Assembly: GCF_001194135.2 (NCBI RefSeq)
Contig: NC_068987.1
Span: 104,060,356 to 104,095,904, forward strand
Source of the DNA: Octopus bimaculoides
Taxonomy: Eukaryota
Direction of reading: 5' to 3'
Length of the DNA: 35,549 bases
Shown here: positions 1 to 12,364 of the stretch, piece after piece
How positions within the stretch are numbered: position 1 is the stretch's first letter
Layout: each line of letters starts with the position of its first letter
Translations under genes and position numbers: made by a program
The notes under the pieces: generated by a model
What the model saw: the letters and a program-made list of their open reading frames with translations, nothing else
The model's database searches: none
What the model was told of the DNA's origin: nothing

Positions 1-307
1 AGAAGTATTGACAAGCAGAAACTGGGTGGGAGCTGTCTTCAATAATTCAAGTAATGCTATATATTCAAAATTAACCATACATGCTGGTTTTGTTGTTGTT
101 ATTGTTGCTGCTACTGTTGTTATTGTCACTTACTTTTTTGTATTTTGAAGCTACTTGCCTTCAGAACTCCCTAGGGAATTTTATGCTAGCTTCATCACTT
201 TTATTTATTTATATATTTATTTTTTTCTTTGTTTTGAAACGAGATCGAACTTCAGCATTTTATACCGATAGATTTTAGACACTTTTTTTCTGCAACTGGT
301 AAGATTA

Positions 308-400
308 TGTAGGGGGTGCAAATTTTGATCTTGCACCCCCTGAAAATTCTAGGGGGTGCGAGTGCACCCGCTGCACCCCCTGTTCCCGGGCCCTTGCACC
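308..400 (-). mobile_element. One end of a GC-rich MITE-like element with repeated GGGGGTGC/GCACCCCC motifs
   Basis: GC island in AT-rich DNA. Alternating GGGGGTGC and GCACCCCC motifs form short hairpins. The minus strand begins AAGGGCCCGGGAACAGGGGGTGC. No second end or TSD was found. Confidence 0.35.
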
Positions 401-451
401 TGACTGTTCTAAGAAGACTTCAAATGCAACTAGTTGCGACTTCTCTTGAAA

Positions 452-1350
452 GTTGACAAAATATGGCATCGTGGTGCTATCAAGTACCCGCAGAAAAAGG
501 GTTTGGCCCCCAAGGACATTCATGCTCACAAAGTTGCTACATTAGGGAATGACACTCCAGCTTCACCAACAGTGGCCAGTTGAATTTAGGAGGGGAAAGG
601 AGAGTCCAGAAGATGACCGAAGGTCTGGACGTCCTGTAACTGCCAACACCGAGGAAAAACATTGATTGTGTTCACCACACGGGGAATGGCTGACAGACTA
701 TTGAGTATAAATCAAATAGCTAATGCTATTAGCATATCCCGTGAGAAATTTGAGAATATTCTGTACAATGAACTTGGTACGACGAAGGTGTCTGCTCGGT
801 AGGTGCCATGTCTTCTGACACCTGACCAAAAGCGCACCAAGCTGATTACATCACGGAAAGTCTGACATTGTTCACAGCAGATCCAGCTAGTTTCCTTGAA
901 CGTTTCCTTAAGTCATGATGAGTGTTGGATTCTTCACTTTGAACTAGAGACAAAAAGGCAAGCTATACAATGGCAACACTCCTCCTCACCTGTTCCAAAG
1001 AAGGATAACATCGTTTCATCTGCAGGGAATGTGATGGTCTCAGTCTTTTGGGATGGAAAAAGCATTGTGTTTATTGACTATCTACACCAACAATGGAGAG
1101 TACTATGCTAACTTGAAACAGTTACGAAAAGCTACCAAGATCAAACGCTCAGGAAAACTGACGAAAGGGGTCTTGTTTCATCAGGATAATGTTTCAGCGT
1201 ACACATCCTTGGTTTCAATGGCTGCTGTGCGCGACTCTGGCTCTGAACTGGCTGATTATCTTCTCCATTCTCCTGATTAGGTCCCATGAAGAAACACTTG
1301 GCTGGGAACTAGTGATGATGACGTCATATCTGTTGTTGAAGACTTTTGTG
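452..1350 (+). pseudogene. Degenerate mariner (DD34D-type) transposase, 3' end and right TIR missing
   Basis: Frame-broken translation gives DKIWHRGAIKY, DDRRSGRP, KVSAR*VPCLLT (WVPxxL), HDECW, AGNVMVSVFWD, LFHQDN, HSPD and MKKHLAG...DDDVISVVEDF, all mariner hallmarks. Many stops and frameshifts. Confidence 0.9.
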
Positions 1351-3740
1351 ACATCGCTGATGGTATGTCAACAAGCGACGCGGTCAGCAATTAGAGTGGA
1401 CCACTCATAATAATCAATGTCGCAAACGCTAAGGGACGGCTTCAGGCAGTCCTTGTAATGCTTCCTTGGTGCCCCGCTGTTGCGGTGGTGAGTGGTGAGC
1501 TCACCGTACATGATGATCTTGGATAGGCGGTGATCTTTCTTCCTGCCAACATGCCCTGCCTAACGCAGTTGTGTCTCAAGTAAAATGGCTTCAAGGCTGG
1601 TGACCTTTGCTCGCTCGAGGACCTCAGTGTTGGTGATGTAGTCGCTCCAGTAAATGTTGAGGATGGTACAGAAGCAGCATTAGTGAAAACGTTTAAGGAG
1701 TCTGAAATGACAGCAGTAGGGGACCCAGAACTCAGAGCCATATAGGAGCGTCGTGAGGACGACGGCCCTGTAGACGCTGACTTTTGTGCTGATCTTAAAA
1801 TGTTTGTTGTTCCACACACGTTTGTACAGTCTGCCAAATGCTTTGTTTGCCTTTGCAAGTCTGTTGTCAATTTCTTTGTAGAAACTCGCATCTGATGAAA
1901 TGGTACATCCAAGATAAGTGAACTACTGTATCGACTTCAGTTCTGTTTCAGCAATGGTGTTGTGGGGCGTGATGTACTCTTCCTGAGGAGCTGGTTGGTG
2001 TAGGACTTCAGTCTTTTTCAAGCTCACTTCCAGCCTGAAGAGCTAGGCGGCCTCTGCAAAGTAGGATCTGATGTGCTGCAGGGCTCTTTCTGTGTGTGCG
2101 ACAAGCGCAGCATTATCCGCAAAGAGGAGGTTCAGGATCAGTTGCTCTTGAGTCTTGGTCTGGGCCTGTAGGTGCCGGAGGTTGAAATGATTGCATCCAG
2201 ACGGTACCTGATGTAGACACCGTCTTCAGCGTCGAGGTCTACAGTGGCCTGCTTGAGCATCAAGTTGAAGAGAGTTGGTGCCAGGACACAGCCTTGCTTC
2301 ACGCTGTTGTTAATGGGGAATGGCTGTGATATATCGCTATTCAGGCGGACTTGTCGTTGTTGGTCTTTGTGAAGCTGGATGATCATGATTAGGAATTTTG
2401 GGGGACAGCCAAATCGGTTTAGGATTTGCCACAGACCTTTCCTGCTCACAGTGTTGAATGCTTTCGTCATATCGACAAACGTTACATAAAATGATTTGTT
2501 TTACTCCCGGCACTTTTCTTGGAGCTGTCTGAGAACGAAAACTATATCTGTTGTGCTCTTGTTGGCCCTGAAACCACATTGGCTTTCTGGAAGATGATTT
2601 TCGGCGATAGACAGAACAAGTCTGTTGAGGAATAATCTTACCAGAACTTTTCCTGCAGTGGATAGCAGGGTGATCTCCCGGTAGTTTGAGCAGTCTGACT
2701 TTTCCCCTTTGTTTTTGTACAGTGTAATGATGATAAAATCGCGGAGATTTTGTGGCAGCTTGCCCTGTTCCCAGCATGCAACGAGGACCTCGTGGAGTTT
2801 AGCATGTATGACAGGATCCCCATGCTTCTGTATCTCTGGTAGTATCCCATCGACTCCTACTGCCCTTCTACTCTTCAGCCATCCAATGGCAACTGTGGTC
2901 TTTTCCAGGAATGGAGTTTCATCTAGTTCCACTCTGACTGGTTGCTGCTGGATGTGGAGGATTGCGTTTTCCTGGACAACACGGGTTGCACTAAGAGGGC
3001 ATGAAAGTATTCAGACCAGCGGTTGAGGATGGATGCTGTGTCGGTGAGACGCGCCTAGCCTTCGGAGCTGCGTAGAGGACTCCGGACTTGATGTTTTGGG
3101 CCGTAAACTGCCTTGAGAGCTTCGTAGAACCCGCTGTAGTCACCAGAATCAGCGCACACCTGTGTTCTCCGTGCGAGGTTGGCCCATCACCCATTCTGAA
3201 CTTCGTGGAGTTTGCGTTGCAGAAAGCTGCAGGCTTGGCGAAAGGCCGCTTTCTCCTCTGGGTAGGACAGTTGTGCCAAGTGTGCTTGGTGGGCAGACCC
3301 CATCTTCTTTAATAATTCCAGGATCAGTACATCGTTTTCGTCAAACCAATCCTTGTTCTTTTTCTTCGTAAACCGAAGGAGGTCTGAAGAGGTCTGAAGG
3401 GTGGCGGTTTTCAGTTGTTCCCATAGGATTTCTGGAGAGGGATCTGATAGGCAATTGGATTTATCAAGCTTTGCCTGTAGTCCCACCTGGAAGTTTACTT
3501 TCACTTCGTTTAACTGCAGACTGCTAGTTTTGAGTTTCCTTGTTGTTGGCCGATCCTGTCTTTTTTGTTGGTTTGGACTTGAAGTGGGGTTTGAGTTTGC
3601 AACGGACCAGGTCAGTGTGGCATTCTGCGCTAGGCATTACTCTGGTGTGCATGACGTCAGACTGGTCTCGTTGGCGCACTGGGACGTAGTCAAGGAGGTG
3701 CCAGTATCTTGATCGGAGATGTATCCATAATGCTTAGCTG
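1350..3740 (-). mobile_element. RTE-clade (BovB-like) LINE, 5'-truncated, 3' end lost, disrupted ORF (end of APE plus RT)
   Basis: APE C-terminus ...RYWHLLDYVPVRQRD...HTRVMPSAECHTD near 3720-3600. RT motifs NYREITLLSTAGK, LPESQCGFRANKSTTD, TKAFNTVSR, VKQGCVLAPTLF and LLFADN (about 2130-2105). C-terminal KIIMYGEL...GAPRKHYKD. Split over ORFs 3187-3504, 2501-2932, 2138-2470 and others. Confidence 0.93.
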
Positions 3741-4167
3741 CCTTAGCATTCTGCAATTAATTACCGCTAAAAGTGGCGTTTTATGGGGGTACAAGAAGAT
3801 TCTAGAAGATTGAATCATGCGATGGCTTTACGCTGATTGGTTGCTAAATAAACTGATCATATGAATCTATTGTGGTTCGGGCGTGATATTTGATAGGTTA
3901 ACTAGCAGTTCGGTTTCGAATCCCTGCTACAATATAAATCAATAGACAGAAATATATACTTCCCAGTTGTATATTACACAAACATAGTTACAGGAAAGAT
4001 TATTCCAAAATTAGCAGCGAGTTTAAAAAGCGAAACACGCAATATTTTTGGATCGATCAAATACATTATTCAGATAAGTATGCTGCTGTTAATCTTGACG
4101 TTAACTGGTGGTAATGAAAGATTTACATATTTTTTTTTTGTCTCCTCCGAATCACATCTTTATTACT

Positions 4168-4311
4168 CAGTGGCGTGGCAACCTTTAAGTTGCTGACCCC
4201 ACTCAGGCCCCAAAGCTTAGACAAGAAACCCAATAGTGTTATCCCCATAAAATCAACCCCCGGAGTAGACCATCCTACGGCTCTCCTCTTCTATCCCCAG
4301 CTACACCACTA
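4168..4311. mobile_element. Possible short MITE with CAGTGGCGTAGC-type ends
   Basis: Left end CAGTGGCGTGGC and right end GCTACACCACTA are imperfect inverted repeats (9/12). No TSD seen. Confidence 0.3.
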
Positions 4312-5067
4312 TGCTTAATGCTGTTGTAGGAATCAGTTCTCAACGTAATTACCACAGCTATGTCGAAATTTCAAACCTCGTGCCCATAGTTGAACCGCGC
4401 AGAGGTTTTATGTGTCCCTCGACTTTCTAGAAATAGCAGCCACATTTCCTTAAATTATCCCTACTGTTCTAAACACTACCACCAACAACAACAGCAACCG
4501 TAGCAATAAAAATAACCACAGCAATATCCACATAAAAAGGAATTTCTGTCATAAAGCCAGAGATAAAATGAATAATGAATTATAAAAATGTCTTTTAGTT
4601 TATTTCCCGCTTAGTCAAGGAACGCCCAAAATCCCTTAATTTTTGCAAGGCCTCAGAGAACTGTGAGAGAAAGGGAGAATGTTATACGCAAACCGGAAAT
4701 GTGGCATGTCTTCTTGCAACAGAGAAAGCTCCTCTAAAGGCACTCAAAAAAACACATTCAGAACTTGCAAAGTCCTCTTTGGAGTACATAAGATCCCACT
4801 TCTCACCCGATCTTTTAGATTTGTACCTACACGACATATCTAAACCTTCACAAAGTGTACACACAGCTTTCTACACAACCCTTAATCTCATATCCTCGTA
4901 CTACATTCATTTTCTCTATCAAATCCACCGTGTCTCTTCTAACCAGTAATATCGGAGAACATCAAGTACAACTAACCTTTTCACTCAAGAGATTAAACAT
5001 TCGGGAGCCAAAAACATTATGAGCTACATACAACTCCTCCACAACATTCGCAACCATACATAAACTG

Positions 5068-5135
5068 GGACTCCGTCGGTTACGACGATGAGGGTTCCAG
5101 GTGATCTGATCAACGGAACAGCCGGCTCGTGAAAC
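5068..5135 (-). mobile_element. 3'-tail-only fragment of SINE family A/B
   Basis: CTCCGTCGGTTACGACGATGAGGGTTCCAGGTGATCTGATCAACGGAACAGCC matches the tails at 6776-6840, 7520-7575 and (reverse complement) 29400-29462. Confidence 0.8.
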
Positions 5136-5435
5136 CAACCAGATTTAAGAATAGGTTTGCGAAAGGCCAATACACCTACTTAGAAAAATGCAGAGTCACA
5201 GAAGCAGGGATGGCAATTCAAAACTAACAAAACCTAACAGGGGAAAAGTCAAACCAGAGTCGAGAACAGTGGAGAACGATATTGATAACCTATGATCCAT
5301 AGAGAACCAAGGGCTCCAATAAAAGTGAGTTCGAAGTACCCAAAGTACCGTCTCAAGTTGTACATACAGAAAACACAGCACTACAAAACAAAAATACTGG
5401 AAATATCGCAGTAAGTTCTAATTACCAAGTTCCAA

Positions 5436-5676
5436 TCAACTACGAACGTAAAGAGAGACGAAATACAGCTAAGCATTTTTCTCGGTGTATTAACAATTCT
5501 GCCAGCTCTCCACCTTCGTCGCCTTTCCAATATTGAGGTCTACTTTGCCTTTCATCCTTTAGGGCATCGATGAAATAAGTACCAGTTGTGCACTGGGGTC
5601 GATGGAATCGACTTGCCCTCACCTTCTCAAAATTGCTGGCCTTTTGCCAAAATTTGAAACCAATATTAATAATAAT
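5436..5676. mobile_element. SINE family D copy with inverted head (5436-5534, minus) joined to forward body and tail (5535-5676, plus)
   Basis: Reverse complement of 5440-5517 is GAAGGTGGAGAGCTGGCAGAATTG...ATGCTTAGCTGTATTTCGTC, the head seen at 34320. From 5535, GAGGTCTACTTTGCCTTTCATCCTTT...CACTGGGGTCGAT is the forward body, ending in (AAT)n. Confidence 0.8.
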
Positions 5677-6769
5677 ATCTACTATTACATCACAAAACTA
5701 TCTCGTGAAGAATAATAGAAAACAAAACACGAATATAAGAAAAACAAAACGGTTTTCTGTTCTCAAGGAAGTCAACAAATACAAAATAGAAGCTACAATG
5801 AAAGAGGTTACAAGAAAAAAAAGGACAGACAACGATAGAAATTGAAAAATGCTAAAGACTAAGATGGGGCCACCGCATGCCATATTAAATCTATGGTAAA
5901 CATACTCTATACATGGCCATTATCTGTGCAGATCAGGGATGCACTAACTTCATTACCTTTAGCTTGTTTACCCCGTAAACATGTATTCAAAATGTTCAGT
6001 TCTATAGATGCCCGTAAGCAACTTAGATTGGGTAAGAAAAAGCCGACGTTTTCATGGAAGCTAAGTTATAACTGTTTATAGACTCTGAGAGTCTATTAGG
6101 TACGTTTCACAATGTGTACATGTTTCACACTATCGAAGCCTACCTCTTCATAAATCTGCTCTTTATCTTTTCTTTCGTCTCTCAAAACGTCTAGTGTCTC
6201 GTTGGCTATTTGAAGGCCAACTTCATACAGTTCCAGGGAGAGATAAACTCTTATATCTTACTCGCAGTAAAAAGTATCAACATGAAATGAAACAGAACTA
6301 GATATGCTCCTACCTTCTTATAAAATTGTGTGTGGAATGACTTAGAATACATGAAAACGAATTAAAAAAATTCTATGGAAGCAAATCCTGCAACATATTG
6401 AATTGATTTTGGACGGTACTCTAATGAATAAAGAGAAATCCACAACTCCCACTAAAAAGGTATTTAATTGGACAGGTGAAAAAGCAAAGCAGTTCTGTAA
6501 TGTGGGATGTAACAAATATAGTCGAAAGTTACATAAATCACACTGCGACTGATTTAATGTCTGTTCAACCCAAGCTAAATACTGTGTTAAATAGATTAAA
6601 ACTCAACAATAAAACAAAAAAATCAGTATTCCATAGAACCATTCGTATCAAAATTATGCTTTTTAGTCAAGAACTGCCAGTCATGTCTCAAACAAAATGA
6701 GTCGAAATACAATTATTTGTATTCAAAGATTCAAAGAAAAAGTTCACCAGTGAATGTAATCAGTGTATT

Positions 6770-7093
6770 CTGATACTCCGTCAGTTGCAATGACGAGGGT
6801 TCCAGTTGATCCGATTGGCAGAACAGTCTGCTTGTGAAATTAACGTGAAAGTGGCCGAGCACTCCACAGACACGTGCACCCTTCACGTAGTTCTCAGTGA
6901 GATTCAGCGTTACACAGAATGTGACAAGGCTGGCCTTTTGAATTTCAGGTACCACTCATTTTTGTCTGCTGAATGAACTGGAGCAGCGGGAAATAAAGTG
7001 TCTTGCTCAAGGACATAATGCACGGCTGGTAATCAAACTCACAACCTTACGATTGCGAGCTGAATACCATAACCGCCAAGCCACGTGCCTTCA
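6770..7093 (-). mobile_element. tRNA-derived SINE, family A
   Basis: Minus strand: GAAGGCACGTGGCTTGGCGGTTATGG (A box), GTGAGTTTGATTACC (decayed B box), core CCTTGAGCAAGACACTTTATTTC, and the shared GGATCAACTGGAACCCTCGTC tail. Confidence 0.85.
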
Positions 7094-7500
7094 CGTGTAT
7101 ACTAGATAAAGATATTCAGCCAGCACAAAGTCACTCTTATCTCTGGAGAACGATAAGGAGATCCAAAGAAAATAAACAAGATGGCCTACAAGAGCTAAAT
7201 AGGACTGCGGGTCAACGACAAATATTCTGGTTATTTCAAACACGTGTAATTTACAATATACTAATAAGCTACCGTTCACTTATCATGAAAGGAAATTGCT
7301 GCGCAATGTGGCCGCAAAAAGATTTTCCCAGTATGGTTTGTAGGAGGTGCCATAGAATCGGCTACAATGGAAAATTATGTCAAATTTTCGAAAATCTAAC
7401 AAAGTAAACAATGAAGATTTCCTAAATTGTATTACGAGTGTTGTATTTCCTAAATTGTATTACAAATTATTAGGCATATATTGTACATAAACATGTCGAT

Positions 7501-7887
7501 TGTTGTTGTTGGCATTCCGTCCCTTACGACGTCGAGGGTTCCAGTTGATCCGATCAACGGAACAGCCTGCTAGTGAAATTAACGTGCAAGTGGCTGAGCA
7601 CTCCACAGACACGTGTACCCTTAACGTAGTTCTCGGGGACATTCAGCGTGACACAGTGTGACAAGGCTGACCCTTTGAATTACAGGCACAACAGAAACAG
7701 GAAGTAAGAGTGAGAGAAAGTTGTGGTGAAAGAGTAGAGCAGGGATCACCCCCACCCCTGCCGGAGCCTCATGGAGCTTTAGGTGTTTTCGCTCAATAAA
7801 CACTCACAACGCCCGGTCTGGGAATCGAAACCGCGATCCTATGACCGCTAGTCCGCTGCCCTAACCACTGGGCCATTGCGCCTCCGC
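7501..7887 (-). mobile_element. tRNA-derived SINE, family B, full length with 12-bp TSD
   Basis: Head GGAGGCGCAATGGCCCAGTGGTTAGG...GGTTTCGATTCCC (A and B boxes), family A-type tail, then (CAA)n. TSD AAACATGT(C/A)GAT at 7489-7500 and 7888-7899. Confidence 0.9.
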
Positions 7888-8930
7888 AAACATGTAGATA
7901 AAGCTTTATAAAAATGTTTATCATAACCCAAACAAACATTTGTAAAATAGAAAACTGATACAGGATCTCAGTCAATGTATTCTACTTCCATGAGTAGATC
8001 ATTTGATACTTGTAGTCTGCTGATTCCTACGTCTGAATTAGCAGGTTGGGCAAGATCTTGTTTCATGTGAGACAGAACTAAGATATGCAGGGCATCAGAG
8101 AGAAATATTGCATTGCGGAACAAGACTGCTTTAGAGCCCCGCGGGTTGTGACATTCTCAAAATTGATGTCTAAGGCCCAAATGAATCTTAAATACTCAAT
8201 TTTGGGTTCTTTGATTAATAATTTTTTGCAGAAAATATGGTTATAATAAATACCAATAAAGACAGATTTTGGTTTATGATTACGAAAACACGACTAACAT
8301 GTTAAAACATCTGAGGTTATCTGTATTATGACCACCAGTAAACTTTCGTAAATGCTATATTTTCTGTGCACTAGCATGACCTGATAACAATATAACAAAG
8401 CAACGATAAAGCTATTCAGTGAAAGAAATGAATTTCTCTGGCCCGTTATCTACGAACATTTTGTATAAAATTATCAAAACCAACTTCTCTGACAAAGCTT
8501 GAATCAAAAGTTAAATATCACTAAGTTAACAAATCAGGTTTTAACATGGCAGAGTTTTCGATGTTTGAGTTTTCTAAAAGATTCTGCTACAGCTACCGTA
8601 GCTGGAAATGTTAACAATAGTCTCAGACTGTCACAAACATTTGGAAACAGCTCTCAACGTTTATATTCAATAAATAAATTTAATCAACGGCAAATGTGTT
8701 CCAATTTTCTTTCTCTGTTCAAACGGTAAATATGGCGTTTCAGTAGCAAAAGTTTCATCATTCAAGTCAGTAAATTATCGATGTGTTAACTTGTGACTTT
8801 TTTGGCAAGTTCACTTCTAGATACAGTGGAGTATTTTTTTTTTTAGAAGAAACAGATACATTTTAACAGACGTTTTAATCAACGTAACGTAAATTTAACT
8901 CTGCAATGACATTAACTAATCAAAACATAA

Positions 8931-9188
8931 TAAATAAATAAATGCGCCCTTTTAAAACCTCGCCAGGCTCATGGGCCCAGTTTCCCGGTTTGAATAGCGT
9001 ATATGTTCCCCAGCTGGACGGGACGCCAGTCCATCGCAGCGTGACTCATTTTTGCCAGCTGAGTGGACTGGAGCAACGTGAAATGAAGTGCGTTGCTCAA
9101 GAACACAACGCATCGCCCGGTCCAGGAATCGAAACCACATTCTTACGATCATGATGCTGACACCCTAACCACTAAGCCACGCGCCTCC
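8931..9188 (-). mobile_element. tRNA-derived SINE with family A head/core and a different, V-domain-like tail; 16-bp TSD
   Basis: Head GGAGGCGCGTGGCTTAGTGGTTAGG...GGTTTCGATTCC, core TTCACGTTGCTCCAGTCCACTCAGCTGGCAAAAATG, then GCGATGGACTGGCGTCCCGTCCAG and an (ATTT)n tail. Perfect TSD ACTAATCAAAACATAA at 8915-8930 and 9189-9204. Confidence 0.9.
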
Positions 9189-9289
9189 ACTAATCAAAAC
9201 ATAACACATTTTTTTTCGAATTTGTCCTCTTCTGTTGTTTCATCTGCGCCTAGCTAGCATCAGGTGTTCTGTCGTTGTGTGCCTTTCTT

Positions 9290-9853
<564 letters not shown>

Positions 9854-11292
9854 CTATATATATTATTAATGAACCTAAATAATGAGTTTTTGAAGGATAC
9901 TTAATATAGAGAGCTTTTCGTTTTGAATGTGTGCGGAGGTAGGTGTGGGGTCTGTGTCTTAAATCGTATGCTCTCTTATCAGCTGTGCAGATATTTATAA
10001 TTATAAAGCTATCTCTTAATTTACACATTACTGACTAATTGCTGACATGTTGCACATATTATTCAGCTATTATCATGCTTTGAAATGTGTTTGATGAATT
10101 CACCGAATTCAGTGAACTGAACACCGGCATTCTTTACTCATGTACTAGGAAGTCTATACTTAGTAGATGAGTACTAAGTATCGTAAACATTGTAAACACA
10201 GTGTTTCACAATGTGTTTATTGTAACAGAATTTTTTCAGGGCGAATGAATTATCCATGAGGACTCAAATGCTGTTCCTCTTTTATACACTACATAGAGTA
10301 CCTTAATCATAATCCAGTAGAATGAAGCCCTGGTTCACTTATATCATAAAATATCACAGTTGCAAAAATACAATCTAAAATTTGCTGTAATGAGAAATTT
10401 GCTATGTGTGTGTGCAATGTGTTAAATGTTAATATTAATCAATCAATCAATGAATCAATCAGTCAATCAATCAATAAAACAATCAAGGTAAAACCAAACA
10501 AAACTAAACAAACAATAAATAAACAAGAAAATGAACGTCGGCAGATTTGAATTTCTAAATAAAAAATTATGGAAGTATTTCTAATGTCGTTCCAATTGAT
10601 TAATGCTTTTCTATTGTTATTGGTATAAATGTTACAACTGCTATTAGTTCTATTACAGCTATCACTTTTTTTTTCACTATTAGTAGTCAAGAATGGAAAA
10701 CATCTTTAGGATAAGTATTACAGAACAACAAGATGTAACGTTATCATGCATGTCACTCTACTTTGCAACATTACTAGAGGTCGGCATATCTTGTGCAGAA
10801 AAATAAATCAACATGTATAAGGAAATATAAATAAAGTGAAACAGATGAAAATCTTCCAGATTATTGAAAGTATAAAACAATGGAGAAATTTTTGCAGCCT
10901 CAATTTATACAGTGATTACAATGATATTGCATTTTTCAGAATTTCTTAAGCAAGGTCACAACAATTGAGGAAGGAAAAACATTATTATTAATAAACTATA
11001 TTTCTACTAATATTCATGAACGTATTAAGTTATGTAAATACCTTTACAAATTGCCTTAATGAACTAGAGTCCCTCTTCTTTTAATACAGATGTTAAGACT
11101 AAACTGGATGAAATTTCCTATAGCTGCTAATAATATTTTATGTGAAAGCCAGTGTGTTGTGCATTCACCGTAGCAGTTGGATTTCAAAGCTATGTAGAAT
11201 GTCGTGCAATGTGAAATTTGTAATGTGCACATGAGTATAATAATATAAATAATATCAAGCACTGTGTGCATGCGGTGGTTCAGCTGCATATG

Positions 11293-12166
11293 TAGGGTGG
11301 GCGGAAAGTAACTGGGCATTAGAAATTGCTTATAGAATTCTTAGTGTCACTAAAGTCATGACGAAAACATTTTTTAAACAGACAACACTAATGAGGATTT
11401 CTTATTTTCTTATCTTACTTCTTATTTCTTATTTTCTAAATGATCTGTCGCTTGACTGTCCAGGAGCGAGCTAGGATAGCAGCACGCTATGAAGTGTGGA
11501 ATTCCATTGTTTTGGTTCAGAGATAGTGGCGTGCATGGAAAGGTAAGCATGCAGCACTACGTTCGGAGACAACTTGGGTCATGCAAAGCTGATGACCACG
11601 GGCTCTGTGAACGATGCAAGAAGAAGTGACTATCCAACCATACCCCGATCGGCAGAAAACGTGGTAACAGTGCAGGAAATGTTTAATCGCGGCCCGCAAA
11701 AATCAACACGTCAAGTAGCTCGGGAAAGTGGACTAAAACGACATACAATGCATAAAGAATTGAATTTTCGTCTGTGGAAATCCCATTACGTGCAGGAGCT
11801 AAAACCTAAAGACTGTGACCGCAGAAGTTCAGAAGTCCAGAACTTCAAGAAGTCCAGACCTCACTCCATGTGATTTTTACCTGTGCGGTTACACAAAAGA
11901 GGAGTGTATAAGGCAAAACCTTGGAGACACGGATTCAGGAGGTTCACAATGATATCCCAGATGACGTCCTTCAGAAGGTTGTTCATTCCAGCACTGGCCG
12001 TTTGAGGAAACTGGTTGACGCCACAGGTGCTTACGTTGAAATATGAAGATTTACTTTCATTTTCCCTTGTAACAAAGAACATTTATAATTTGTTTCGATA
12101 ATTTTATAAAAGGAATATGGATTTTATTACCAATTTCTAATGCCTACTTACTTTTCACCCACCTTA
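11293..12166 (+). mobile_element. Internally deleted Tc1/mariner-superfamily (IS630-like) DNA transposon with both TIRs
   Basis: TIRs TAGGGTGGGCGGAAAGTAACTGGGCATTAGAAATTG and CAATTTCTAATGCCTACTTACTTTTCACCCACCTTA. N-terminal HTH TGSVNDARRS...QKSTRQVARESG...HYVQEL is joined directly to the C-terminal SPDLTPCDFYL...GAYVEI*. The catalytic core is absent. Confidence 0.85.
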
Positions 12167-12177
12167 TATATACTCAC

Positions 12178-12179
12178 AG

Positions 12180-12248
<69 letters not shown>

Positions 12249-12355
12249 CATATACATGTGTGTGTGTGTGTGTGTGTGTTTGTATGTGCGTATTCACACA
12301 TATTTATGTATATTTATGTATGTATGTTTATATATATAGGTATATGTATATGTAT
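12178..12355. repeat. Compound (CA)n/(TA)n/(TG)n microsatellite
   Basis: Visible dinucleotide runs. Confidence 0.95.
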
Positions 12356-12364
12356 GCGAGGTAT

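Noticed and set aside
3860-3930. GGTTTCGAATCCC B-box-like motif suggesting a tRNA or SINE
   Set aside because: No convincing A box, cloverleaf or SINE body.
4682-5060. 82-aa ORF 4701-4949 in C/A-rich sequence
   Set aside because: No recognisable motif. It may be decayed retroelement sequence but I cannot support a call.
7800-7887. tRNA genes at SINE heads (also 7020-7093, 9120-9188, 26173-26240, 29176-29245)
   Set aside because: A and B boxes are present but there is no complete cloverleaf, and each continues into a SINE body and tail.
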